Origin: Mytilus trossulus
Taxonomy: Eukaryota
NCBI RefSeq assembly: GCF_036588685.1
Contig: NC_086385.1
Span: forward strand, 558,001 to 622,000
DNA: 64,000 nt
Reading direction: 5' to 3'
The notes under the pieces are model-generated. The model was not told the origin of the DNA and did no database searches. It saw only the letters and a program-made list of their open reading frames with translations. Position 1 is the stretch's first letter, and the number at the start of each line of letters is the position of its first letter. Made by a program: the position numbers and the translations under genes. Below are positions 51,326 to 64,000 of this stretch, in pieces.

Positions 51326-52011
51326 CGAGGTAAACTCACCTTTTTTTTGGGAGGGGGGGATGGGGAGGAACACCAAGTCAGTAATACGAGAATGAATTAC
51401 TATTCGTTATTTTGATACACAAAGTTTGACCTTTTTTGTGTCAGATTTTATGGACTTCCCTTTTTGAATTCACCTTGGAGTGAAGTTATTTTGCTAATAC
51501 TTTTTTACTTTGTAGATAATTTGTCGTAAATATTAGTTTTACTTTTGCTGTAGTAGAAGAAGAAAACGCATTCGTCAAAAAGCAAAAGAGTCAATTACAG
51601 ACAATGCTCTGCGCAAAAATTCAATTCACAACTTGTTATGCTCACTTAAACCAAAACATAGTTGGTGTAAACTACCATGAGTATATTGCAGAAAATTGGA
51701 ATTTTGTTTGAATAAATCGTTCCTTTGTTTAGGACTTACATGATCAACAACTACAGGAAAACCGACATAAACATCACATTATCAAGAGATGTTTTAAATT
51801 CGTTTGGAAACTATTAAATGTTATAGCAACAGTAAGACTAGTTTGACAATTTAACCAATAGATGATTACAGTTTAGTGTATTTTTGTGTTATTTTCATCC
51901 TATTTTTGTTTGAACGGATTGGAATGATCACCGGGTGATTACTTGATTGAGGAACACTTCGGATGCCACTAGTTCAAGGGGGTCTGCTTACTCTTCAATG
52001 GTGGAGTTCGT

Positions 52012-52702
52012 GTTCGCTTTAATTCATTTATCCCCATATATGATAGTGAACTAATGTCGCTTTCATTCATGTATCCCCATATATGATAGTGCACTAATGT
52101 CGCTTTTATTCATGTATCCCCATATGTGATAGTGTGCTTATGTCGCTTTCACTCATGAATCCCCATATATGATAGTGAACTTATGTCGCTTTCATTCATG
52201 TTCCCACTATATGATAGTGAGCTACTGTCGCTTTCATTCATGTATTCCCATATATGATAGTGAACTAATGTCGCTTTAATTCATGTATCCCCATAAGTGA
52301 TAGTGAACTTATGTCGCTTTCATTCATGTTTCCCCATATATGATAGTGAACTTATGTCGCATTAATTCATGTATCCCCATATATGACTGTGAGCTAATGT
52401 CGCTTGTATTCATGTATCCCCATATATGACAGTGAACTAATGTCGCTTTCATTCATGTATCCCCATATATGATAGTGAGCTAACGTCGCTTTCATTCATG
52501 TATCCCCATATATGATAGTGAACTTATGTCGCATTAATTCATGTATCCCCATATATGATAGTGAGCTTATGTCGCTTTCATTCATGTATCCCCATATATG
52601 ATAGTGAACTTATGTCGCATTAATTCATGTATCCCCATATATGATAGTGAGCTAATGTCGCTTTCATTCATCTATACCCTTATATGATAGTGAGCTACTG
52701 TC
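52012..52702. repeat. 43-bp minisatellite, ~16 units
   Basis: ATGTCGCTTTCATTCATGTATCCCCATATATGATAGTGAACTA repeated. Confidence 0.95.
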
Positions 52703-53164
52703 AATGTTTATTCAAAATTTCCTACTTTTGATATAATTTAGTCTCATTTTAGTTGGGACTACATAGTACAAATGTATTACCGTATTTGTTTTTCAAAAAA
52801 AATGGAAACGTGTTGTTTTTCTCGAAATGTTTGTGCCTTTTTCTTTTTGTTCTTTGTGTTGATTCTAAAAATGACATGAGTTGAGAACATCAAAGAAAAC
52901 ACATCGCACTACCACACACACACACAAAACAATTTCACTTTCAACATAATGAGACCTACCGAATTAGACTTGTTACCGGGTTTGTATTAACATAAGCAAT
53001 AAGACGGGTGCAATGTGTGGAGCAGGATCTGTTTACCCTTCCGGGACACCTGAGATCACTTCCAGTTTTTGGTTGGGTCAATGTTGCTTATGTTGTGTTT
53101 TGTGAACTATTGTTTGTCTGTTTGTCTATTTTCTTATTTAGCCATGGCGTTGTTAGTTTATTTT

Positions 53165-54783
53165 ATATTAATATTAACCTGCTGTGAACTTGACTGACAA
53201 AAACATGAGGCCAAGAACTTGTTAATTTGATATGATTATAAATATGATCTGTACTACACTGTCATACACACGAGGACGAGATCATGTTAATTTGCTATGA
53301 ATATGAACCTGCTCTGAACTAGACTGACATACAAATAAAGACGAGAACATGTTAATTTGAATGAATATGAATCTACTCTGTACTAGACCGACATACACAT
53401 GAGGATGAGATCATGTTAATTTGATATGTATATTAACATCCTCTAAATTGGACTGACATACACATAAAGACGGGATCATGTTAATTTGATATGAATATGA
53501 ACCTGCTCTGTATTAGACCGACATACAAATGAGGACGAGATTATGTTAATTCAAATCATGATTTTCTTGATAGAGGGTTACTGCTCACAAGGAAGCTATT
53601 AAACCAATAGTTCCAAATGGTGAAGTTGAAATCATCCCTTCGTAAATTTTACGGACGCCATCACGAGTTGGTTGACCGTTATGGAATAACCGTTTCACAA
53701 ATGATATCGGATATGTTCCTTACGTCGTAACTACAATCCCCTTCCCTTTCATGAATTTGACCTACCGAATTAGACTATTTACCGGATTTGTAATCGCATA
53801 AGCAACACGACGGGTGCCGCATGTGGAGCAGGATCTGCTGACCTTTCCGGAGCAGCACCTGAGATCACCCCTAGTTTTTGGTGGGGTTCGTGTTGTTTAT
53901 TCTTTAGTTTTCTATGTTGTGTCATGTGTACTATTGTTTTTCTGTTTGTCTTGTTCATTTTTAGACATGGCGTTGTCAGTTTGTTTTAGATTTACGAGTT
54001 TGACTGTCCCTTTGGTATCTTTCGTCCCTCTTTCAATTTGATATGAATATGAACCTGCTCTGTACTACACTGACATGCACATAAAGACGAGAACATGTTA
54101 AATTGATATTAATATAAACCTGCACTGAAAATGAATGGCATACACATAAGGATGATATCATGTTAATTTGAAATGAATATTAACCTCCTCTGAACTAGAC
54201 TGACATACACATAAAGACGAGAACATGTTAAATTGATATTAATATAAACCTGCACTGAAAATGAATGGCATACACATAAGGATGATATCATGTTAATTTG
54301 AAATGAATATTAACCTCCTCTGAACTAGACTGACATACACATAAAGACGAGAACATGTTAAATTGATATTAATATAAACCTGCACTGAAAATGAATGGCA
54401 TACACATAAGGATGATATCATGTTAATTTGAAATGAATATTAACCTCCTCTGAACTAGACTGACATACACATAAAGACGAGAACATTTTAAATTGATATT
54501 AATATAAACCTGCACTGAAAATGAATGGCATACACATAAGGATGATATCATGTTAATTTGAAATGAATATTAACCTCCTCTGAACTAGACTGACATACAC
54601 ATAAAGACGGGAACATGTGAATTTTATATGAATATGAACCTGCTATGTACTAGACTGAGACACACATGGGGACGAGGTCATGTTAATTTGATATTAATAT
54701 TAACCTCCTCTGAACTAGACTGACATACACATAAAGACTAGAACATATTAATTTGATATTGATATTAACCTGCTCTGAACTAT
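53165..54783. repeat. 65-bp minisatellite downstream of DUF229 copy C, with a 130-bp dimer repeated ~4x
   Basis: Same family as 8445-8865. Identical dimers start at 54091, 54221, 54351 and 54481. Confidence 0.93.
53551..54034 (+). mobile_element. 5'-truncated Penelope-like element: RT C-terminus and 3' UTR
   Basis: Translates HDFLDRGLLLTRKLLNQ*FQMVKLKSSLRKFYGRHHELVDRYGITVSQM, homologous to the end of the RT at 61143-61330. It is inserted in the 65-bp array. Confidence 0.8.
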
Positions 54784-54839
54784 TCAAATAAATGCAATGA
54801 CTACAATTTATGATAGTTATTTGGTTTTTGTTGTTTTTT

Positions 54840-56428
54840 TTATAAACGGAAATTACATGCACACCACTTAAACGGAATATGAGCATCTTGACATGATCTT
54901 TTCCTCGGAATTTCCTTGAAAAGGGAGATACCTTTTTGACGATAGGTTTTTATTCCATGGTGATTGTTGTCAAGATCAAGAAGATGCAATAGAGTAGAAT
55001 GAGTGTCAAAATGTGTCGTAAGTCTTCCAACATTTGTTCGTAAATTCTTAAAATAGCTACAATATTTTGTTTTGAACCAAGGCGGAACATACATGAACAT
55101 CATTGGGAGTCTCTCCTCTAATTGGCCAATAAAGGTTGGTCTAACTTAACCATATCTTATACCGTGATCCCCGAACAGTGCGAGGAATGTGTTGTTCAGT
55201 AAACTATTTTTGTGTAGTCTTTGAAGTGTCTTAGAAGTTAGTCTGTAAATAGTTTGAGCACGGGTTAGACTATCATGAGTCATATCATATGACTCATATG
55301 TATATGCTACGACAATGAGAAATACGGATTGTCTTTTAAGTTTGACACCATATTAAACATTGTTTCGTTGACGGATTCAGATGACGATTTTCCATGCTAG
55401 CAAAGTCTCGTTAACTTTCGGTTACCCTTTTCATTTGCGTCATGGAAAGGTTGATAATAATAATCTGTTGGTTGGTATTTGAAGCCAGACATGTCCTTTG
55501 AGTAAAATGTGCATACTGCATCCTGTCCATAGTGAGTTGTATAGCCAAATTTTGAAAACTCTTTCCAAATAAATGGACATTTATCAACTCCTTCTGAATC
55601 TTTAAAGCACGAGGATTTTTCTATAAAATCTCCAGTCAACAAAGCTGCTGTGTTTGGTCTAGTATTAAACGCCACTTTGTTATGTCCAAGTAGTTCAGTT
55701 GCGTTTAATGTTTCCAACAAATACTCTCTAGTCTTGCGTAAATATCGAACAGAATTAATTCTTGAAGTCGACTCTATCATTATGAGTAGCACATTTAGAC
55801 GGGTTTCTCGATGATTATCCATATTCGGTATATTTTTCACTTGTACGACATGTTTTCGTAAGTCAGATGCTTTCAGGTTTGGATCGTTTTTTACAAATAC
55901 GGTATGGAAGTTTTTAGCTATCACTTTATTAAAGGTATCATAACATTGAACCTTTATAAATTCGTCTGTAACCCGTACAGATTTATTGAAATGTCCATTA
56001 ACTTTACCGAGTTTGAACAAATTACTGATGTAATATATAGGTTCATATGAACAATATTCGACTTGGTTTCGGCTTTTCGTCAAATTGATATAGAGATTAT
56101 TATTATCAACATATGTAATCACATTACTGTTATCGCATTCTGATACTTGTGGATCATCAGTTAAAAATTCGTTGATAGATTGATCGAACGAAATTACTCC
56201 CGGTATTTTACATACCTCTGATTCCACAAGAAAATCGGTGTTGTTGTTGAATTTAGATAGCACTTCAAGATTACATTGTGACACGTTTTCCATTTCAAAA
56301 GAGTATGCCGTTTTTGTATTTATCTTCAAACGATGTACTTAATGTATTAGGAACGAAATGTACACACACACACCTACACACAAATAAAGAACCGTTTTCT
56401 TTCCAAAACAACTGAACAGACTTATCAT
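54840..56428 (-). pseudogene. DUF229 copy C, multiply disrupted
   Basis: Stop after the signal-anchor (~56340), TAG at 55397-55399, and a small duplication/frameshift at ~55281-55300. The N-terminus and upstream region are divergent. Confidence 0.9.
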
Positions 56429-56707
56429 GGTGACGTCCTTGCTATGTTTTGAAAAAAAGCAATAAATATATACATAATTTTATTATTGAACAAGTAATCA
56501 TAATCTAAAAATAGACAGAGGTAGAAACAGGTAACTTCAGGCAGTGGATATAATTTGTAATCGAGGTAATAAAGAAAAGGAAGATTAACTCCTCTTTCTA
56601 TTTAAATTTTCATCTTTAGAAAATGAAAGAGTTTTTATCATTTCAAACATAGTTAAAAGTTACAAAAATGTTACAATAGATTTTACTGTTACTTTTAAAA
56701 CACATGC

Positions 56708-57780
56708 CATTGTCTATTGTGAAAACTAAACATTGTCTACTGTCAAAACTAGATGATGTCTACTGTAAAAACTAACCATTGTCTACTGTAAAAACTAGAT
56801 GTTAACTACTGTAAAAACTAAACATTGTCTACTGTAAAAACTAAACATTGTCTACTGTCAAAACAAGATGTTGTCTACTGTAAAAACTAAACATTGTCTA
56901 CTGTCAAAACTAAACATTGTTTTCTGTCAAAATTAAACGTTACCTGCTGTTAAAATAAACGCCTCATAAAAACCAGGATTGAAATTAAAACGTTGTCTAC
57001 AATCAACAGGGTTGGCAAAAACCCGGGTTTTAAGAGTATTGCCCAGCCCAGTGGGAAATACTGGGAAAACCCGGGTTTTACTGGGTTTTAGTTGGTAATA
57101 CTGGGCAATACTGGGTAATATAAAATACTAGTCTGAATTTTATAGAGGATTCAGTGATCAAACACAAATTTTATACATTTAAAATATATATAACCTTTTT
57201 CGTTTGTCTGGTAAATCTGTAAATCATAAAGCAAAAAACTTTTTTTTAAAGAAATATAACTCCTATTAAGAATTAACAATTACATGTAAGAAAAATTACA
57301 TTTAAATAATGTTTTATTTAGCAATATGACAAATGTATGAATGTATAACAATTAAATTAACAATTCACTTAAACATTGCCATAATTTTTGTCTTTCAAAG
57401 TAGGGATTATTGCAACAATGCTTGGTAATTAACAAGGCTTCCTAAAATGTGCAAATCTTGTATTCGGGCAACAAAGAAGGGAATGAAATTGATTTTTTTA
57501 TTCTTTTAGAAATGACTGTCAATGGTTATCTGTATAAAAAGTATATATTTAGCTGTTATACTATGAAACTACACCAAGACCTTACTATTTTATATTGAAA
57601 TAAGCTGACAAAATCATATTGCCCAGTAATGCCCAGTATTCCTCATTTCTGGGAGTTTTGCCCAGCCCGGGAAAACCCGGGGTTTTCCACCCGGGAATTC
57701 CCAGGCGGGTTATACTTTGCCAACCCTGACAATCAAAGCTAAATATTGTCTACTGTTATAACTACACGTTGTCTACTGTC
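56708..57780. repeat. 23-24-bp minisatellite (AAAACTAAACATTGTCTACTGTC) split by a MITE
   Basis: About 12 units before and 2 units after the insertion. Confidence 0.85.
57007..57728. mobile_element. hAT-family non-autonomous transposon (722 bp)
   Basis: Perfect 13-bp TIR CAGGGTTGGCAAA / TTTGCCAACCCTG. Perfect 8-bp TSD ACAATCAA (56999-57006, 57729-57736). Subterminal ACTGGG/CCCAGT and CCCGGG motifs. Confidence 0.93.
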
Positions 57781-57927
57781 AAGACACGTTTCTGGTTTAT
57801 TCAGTTACATTAAGTTTTTACTGAATTTAGAACCTTTATTAAGACATGTCATTTTTTTTTTTTTTTTTTTGTTCCAAAGATAGATCAATACATGAACACG
57901 CTGGGAGCAAGGGACGTACGGCATAAT

Positions 57928-58920
57928 AGTAACTTGTGTTTCTAATGGGATCAACTAATTAGTTTTAATTGTAATGTTGAAAATGCCGTGAAAATGGAAA
58001 AGTTATTCTGAATTTTGATGCCTCCCGTATCCATGCCGACGCGTTGTTTTGTTCTTTCTGTTTTAATTCATTATAGCAATTATTAAGAAAGTGAAACATC
58101 TTACCATGTAGGTGATGTACATATTGATGTAGTTAAGTACGTGTAGTTTAGTAGTCGATTTGTTTGTTTCAACCTAACTGATGTCATTCGCTGTATGTCA
58201 TATAGAATTTATTCACTAGCAATAAATCAATTATTGTTGCTTGAGTATATTTATTAATTTTCTAAACAAATACATTCATATCTTTATACTTCTTTGCACT
58301 TAATTTCACAAAAATAACACACAAGACTTTCTAGTTACTGTAAAAAAAAGAACACAACATAGTAATACGATATTTATCTTCAAGAATACTTGCATTTCCA
58401 GGTTGACGAATGACAAAATAGTAACTTGTGTTTCTGATGGGATCAATTAATTAGTTTTTAATTGCAATGGTGAAAATGCAGTAAAAAGTTATTCTACATT
58501 AAGATGCCTCCGTATCCATGCAGACCGGTTGTTTTGTACTTTATGTTTTAATTAATTATAGCAATCATGAAGAAAGTGAAACATCTTGCCATGTAGGTGG
58601 TTTACATATTGATGTAGTTAAGTACGTTTAGTTAAGCACGAGACGTGTTTCAACTTGTCTGATGTCATAAGCAGTAGGTCATATAGAATTTATTCAATAA
58701 CATTAAATCAATTATTGTTGTTTAAGTATATTTATTAATTCTTTTAACAAATACATTCATATCTCTATAATACTCATTTTCACAAAAATAACAACCAAGA
58801 CTTCCTTGTTACTGATAAAGGAAAGAACACAACACAGTAACACGATATTAATCTTAAAAAAGCTTACATTCCATACTAATGACAAAATAGTTATTTGTGC
58901 TTCTGATTAGATCAACTAAT
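57928..58920. repeat. Diverged tandem duplication, ~480-bp unit x2 plus the start of a third
   Basis: AGTAACTTGTGTTTCT..TGGGATCAA at 57928, 58420 and ~58889. Confidence 0.85.
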
Positions 58921-60175
58921 AAGTATCAAACGACTGAAATGTTGTTGCGAATAAATATTTTGAATAAAAGAGTACATGCTGGCACTCTGTATTGATGGGT
59001 ATTTTTTGTTGTAGTCAATGTTTTTCAATATTGCTGTCATTTGTTTTTTACAAGATATCCGGAAATCAATATTACTGAATTATTATGCAGATGTATATAG
59101 TTGCCGTCAGGTAAAATTGGCACCATGTTTTGTCATATTTAGATATAAGCCGCGTTTACTCAAGATGATGTTTTTCATTTAGCGGAAGTAAAATTCTGTT
59201 CAAATATCCACTACTGTCCTACCTTTTATTGTGTTTGCACTGTATAATCCTGACCTATTAGTATAATCTACATTATTATACAGATCCGTCTGCATTATAT
59301 TTAATTACCTATCTCGAATTTATAAACAACAGGCTTGGCAGTACCAGATATGAATAGTTTTCAAAGATACCAGGATTTTATTTAAGTACAAGAACAAAGT
59401 TAAGGAGCGTTGAGGACCCAATTGAGGAGACAATTTGTCACAAATATTAGTTTTACTATTGCTGCATTGTGAATACACAAATGAGTCAATTACAGACAAT
59501 GCTCTGCACAAAATTCAATTCACAACTTGTTATGCTCAATTAAACCAAAACATAGTTTGTGTAGTCTAGCATGAGTATGTTGCAGAAAATCGGACTTTTG
59601 TTTGAATAAATCGTATCTTTGTTCAGCACTTACATGATAAACAACTACAAGAAAACCGACATAAACATCCCATTATCTAGAGAGTTATAAAACCGTTTTG
59701 AAACTTATAAATGTAATAGCCATCGTAATACAAGTTTGACAATTTAACCAAAAGATGATTACAATTTTGTGTATTTTTTTGTGTTATTTTCAGCGTATTT
59801 TGTTAATAAAAAATATTTAAGAAATATGGTTATCAAATCAAAATAATTGACAATTGAACGGATTGGAATGATCACCGGGAGATTACTTGGATGAGGAACA
59901 CTTCGAGTGCCACTAGTTCAGGGTGGTCTGCTTACTCTTCCGGGGCACATGTTGGGAGTACGTGTTGCAAAATTTTCATTGGAATACATGTGACAGTAAA
60001 ATTTGTATGATGACAGATCACTGATATGTTTCGTTGATATAAAGATTAAATTTGAATAAAAGATTACATTTCCCGCATGAAAAAAAAGATCAGAGCTTGT
60101 AATTAGAGAAATAAGAGCTAATCAAATAAATGCAATGACTACAATTTAAGATATCTGGTTTTTTTATTGTTTGTT

Positions 60176-60257
60176 GTATAAACGGATATTATATGCAAAC
60201 CACTGAGACTGAATATGAGCATCTTGACATGATCTATTCCTCGGAATTTCCTTGCAA
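60176..60257 (-). pseudogene. DUF229 C-terminal remnant (fifth copy)
   Basis: Matches the last ~27 codons (KEIPRNRSCQDAHI..) and its 3' flank; cut off by the PLE. Confidence 0.8.
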
Positions 60258-61815
60258 AAAAAGTGAAATCACAAAAATACTGAACTTAAGGGAAAATCAA
60301 TTCGAAAAGTCCATTATCACATAGCAAAATCAAAAAAAAAACACATCAGAAACGAAAGGACAAGAACTGTCATATTCCTGACTTGGTACAGGGGTTTTCA
60401 AATATGGTTCTATATCGCTAACCCTCTCACTTTAATGACAGTTTCATCAAATTCCGTTATACTTACAATGATGCGTTAAATAAACAGACACGATAATAAA
60501 ATAGTCAAAATATCAGTCATCATCGTATTACAATTTTAATAGGAACAATTTAACGGAACACAACAACATCTTCTATCTACGAAAACATTGAATAATTCGA
60601 ATGTCGAATTCTTAAACGTTACATAAATTTGTCATTCAATGTGCATACAAACAATTTTAAAACTTACATACTAGGCAATGTTAGCATACGGGGTTAAAAA
60701 AATCAAAGTATGTAGGAATAAATTTCAAAAAAAGACCGAGATTTAAACTAGTTCAAAAGTAATACATAGATTTTATAAGAATTCAAAAATAGTTAATTCC
60801 ACTACGCGATTAAATGATTTTGAGGTTTGTGGTTCAACGTATATAGTAATTCATAATAGAAATATGTCATAATGACATATTATAGAATAATATCATACTG
60901 ACGGGATTTTTTGAAGAACAGAGTCACGTTGTAAGAACAAAAGAAATTCAAAAAGTCGCATATACAAAACAAACCAACACCAACACAAACACATTGACGA
61001 GATGTATACGTACCGAGCCACGTCAAACGGATATCACATAAAACCATTCAACAGTAAAAGAAATATTGATAATAGAACAAAAACAAGTAAAAGAACAACA
61101 AAACACGTTGTTAAGATGATAAACAAGATCAGTACGCAGAATCTATACATCAAGACCATCGTGTATTATTTGAGAAGTTGATACGGAATATTTATCAACA
61201 AGGTCTTGGTAACATGCCGATGAACTTTTTTTGAAAAAGGACGAGTCGTTCTTCGACATACCCCTGGTTCATCAACTTTCTACTCAGACACCGATGACGT
61301 TTTACAAAGTCTGAGTAGGTGCTGCAAGCTCTTGAATATCGAATAAGTTAGGAAATATATATCCCGTATGTAGGTGAAGTTGCTATATTGCTACTAAGGT
61401 GGGGGAAATTTATAATTTCAAAATTAAAATCGTCTCGTTTGTCATAGATTCTGGTACTGAGATGACTGTGTAAGTAAAATTCGAGATATAAGTCTAAAAA
61501 TATTTATGGAAAGAACATCATCAATATATCTGAAAGTGAAATTAAATAATCTGGCTTTTTTTATTCTCTTGTATTTGACAAGTGTCTGGAGGAACTCCGA
61601 TTCATATGAAAATAGGGAGAGGTCGGCAAGAAGAGGCGCACAGTTTGTTCCCATAGAAATGCCGACAATTTGTTGGAAAATTCTACCTCAAAACTCAAAA
61701 AATATGTTGTCGATCCGAAACTCCAGAATACTGACCACTTGTTCTTCTGTGTAGCATGTTTTACCTTTTTGTTTGTCACTATTAACGAAATTTGCCTCAT
61801 GAAATCCCAACGTAA
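60258..61815 (-). mobile_element. Decayed Penelope-like retroelement (RT core, thumb, long 3' UTR)
   Basis: GISMGTNCAPLLADL, FRYIDDVLSIN and YDKRDDFNFEIINFPHLSSNI..YGIYIS..IRYSRAC. The ORF ends at ~61143 with no C-terminal endonuclease. Confidence 0.85.
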
Positions 61816-62039
61816 TAAATGGAAGATACCTTTTTGATTATAGCTTTTTATTTAATTAATGTCAATGATATATCCCACTAGTATGTTTCTTTGATTTGGT
61901 ATTTGAATTTGAATAAATTAAAAACAATATATGACTACATCTCATGCATGAAAAAATTCCATGCTTGTAATTAGAGAAATGAGAGCTAATCAAATGCAAT
62001 GATTACAATTTTGAGAATATTTATCTGGTTATTTTTTCT

Positions 62040-63617
62040 TTATAAACGGAAATTACATGCACACCACTTAGACGGAATATGAGCATCTTGACATGATCTA
62101 TTCCTCGCCATTTCCTTGAAAAGGGAGATGCCTTTTTGACGATAGGTATTTATTCCATGCTGATTGTTGTCAAGATCAAGAAGATGCAATAGAGTAGAAT
62201 GAGTGTCAAAATGTGTCGTAAGTCTTCTTGCATTTGTTCTTAAATTCTTAAAATAGCTACAATATTTTGTTTTGAACCAAGGCGGAACATACATAAACAT
62301 CATTGGAAGTCTCTCCTCTAATTGGCCAATAAAGGTTGGTCCAACTTTACCAGTTCTTATACCGTGATCCCCGAACAGTGCGAGGAATGTGTTGTTCAGT
62401 AAACTATTTTTTTGTAGTCTTTGAAGTGTCCTTGAAATAAGTCTGTCAATAGTTACATCACGGGTTAGACTATCATGAGTCATATGTATATGCTTCGACA
62501 ATGAGAAATACGGATTGTCTTTTAAGCTTGACACCATATTAAACATTCTTTCGTTGACGGATTCAGATGACGATTTTCCATGATAGCAAAATCTGGTTAT
62601 TTTTCGGTTATCCTTTTCATTTGCGTCATGGAAAGGTTGATCATAATAATCTGTTGGTTGGTATTTGAAGCCAGACATGTCCTTTGAGTAAAATGTGCAT
62701 ACTGCATCCTGTCCATAGTGAGTTGTATAGCCAAATCTTGAAAAGTCTTTCCAAATAAATGGACATTTATCAACTCCTTCTGAATCTTTAAAACAAGAGG
62801 AGTTTTCTATAAAATCTCCAGTCAACAAAGCTGCTGTGTTTGGTCTAGTATTTAACGCCACTTTGTTATATCCAAGTAGTTCAGTTGCGTCTAATGTTTC
62901 CAACAAATACTTTCTAGTCTTGCGTAAGTATCGAACAGAATTAATTCTTGAAGTCGACTCTATCATTATGAGTAACATATTTAGACGGGTTTTTCGATGA
63001 TTATCCATATTCGGTATATTTAGCATTTGTACAACATGTTTTCGTAGAGCAGATGCTTTCTTGCTTGGATTTCTTTTTACAAATACGGTGTGGAAGTTTT
63101 TAGCTATTACTTTATTAAAGGCATGATAACATTGAACTTTTATAAATTCGTTTCTGACCCGTACAGATTTATTGAAATGTCCACTAACTTTACCGAGTTT
63201 GAACGAATTGCTGATGTAATATATAGGTTCATATGAACAATATTCGACTTGGTTTCGGCTTTTCGTCAAATTGATATAAAGATTATTATTTTCAACATAT
63301 GTAAACACATGACTGTTATCGCATACTGATAATTGTGGATCATCAGGTAAAAATTATTTTATACATTGATCGAACGGATTTACTTTCGATATTTTACATA
63401 CCTCTGATTCCACAAGAAAATCGGTGTTGTTGTTGAATTTAGATAACACTTCAAGATTACAACGAGACACGTATTCTTTTTCCCGAAAAGTGTATTCCTT
63501 TTTTGTATTTATTCTTAACGTTGTACCAATAATGCACGCAATGCACACAAAAACACATACACACAAATAAAAAAAAGATTTCTTTCGAACTTTACCGAAC
63601 ATACGTTTCGAATTCAT
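62040..63617 (-). pseudogene. DUF229 copy D, full length with a single in-frame nonsense codon
   Basis: The two listed ORFs share a frame (1578 nt). TAA at 63354-63356 corresponds to GAA in copy A. Confidence 0.88.
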
Positions 63618-64000
63618 CGTAACATTTATGGTATGTTTTTAGAACTAAACAATAAACATATTAATATGTTATTGGTTAAGTGACTAACGAATAGATTTTG
63701 TTGAACTTTGCTTAGTGAAAATACTATGAATAATATTGATCGTCATAAAATCATGTTTATTCTCGTCAAACAAAGTTCAAATAAAAAAATAAAAAAAAAA
63801 TACTAAAAGGTAAAAATTAGGTAGCAATAAGTGAAATGTAGCAGATTGCCTTTAAATGCTGTGATTTTAGCATTTCTTAATAATAACCGGATATCTGTTT
63901 TAAGTTTTTACCTCTCAAACAATTAAGTGTAAGAAATTTGTTTTCGTATGCTGTAAATAAAACTTTGTTTTATTATCAATATGAAAATATAGTTCAATGC

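Noticed and set aside
53735-53795. Possible SECIS (ATGA...AA...GA) after the PLE ORF
   Set aside because: No convincing helix forms between the putative quartet halves.

Overview
AT-rich eukaryotic (metazoan) genomic DNA with no prokaryotic features. The repeat content is most consistent with a bivalve such as Mytilus (inference). The window is a decaying tandem gene cluster on the minus strand. It holds five copies of an intronless DUF229 (alkaline-phosphatase/sulfatase superfamily) type II membrane protein gene: one intact, one with a single nonsense codon, one multiply disrupted, one truncated and fused to a LINE, and one small remnant. Interleaved are two intronless class A peptide-type GPCR paralogues with 16-aa tandem-repeat C-terminal tails. 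Around them lie at least seven tandem-repeat arrays (23, 43, 62/65, 65, 78, 186 and ~319 bp units), a decayed LINE, several MITEs and Penelope-like element (PLE) fragments. There are also many ~350-bp non-LTR retrozyme units carrying minimal type I hammerhead ribozymes. The most interesting signals are: retrozyme arrays with reproducible ends; a possible antisense hammerhead-like motif and a structured motif shared with PLE 3' ends; a PLE GIY-YIG fragment with TGA at two cysteine positions (possible selenocysteine recoding); and GPCR paralogues that diverge mainly in extracellular loops. All identifications are by eye, with no database searches.
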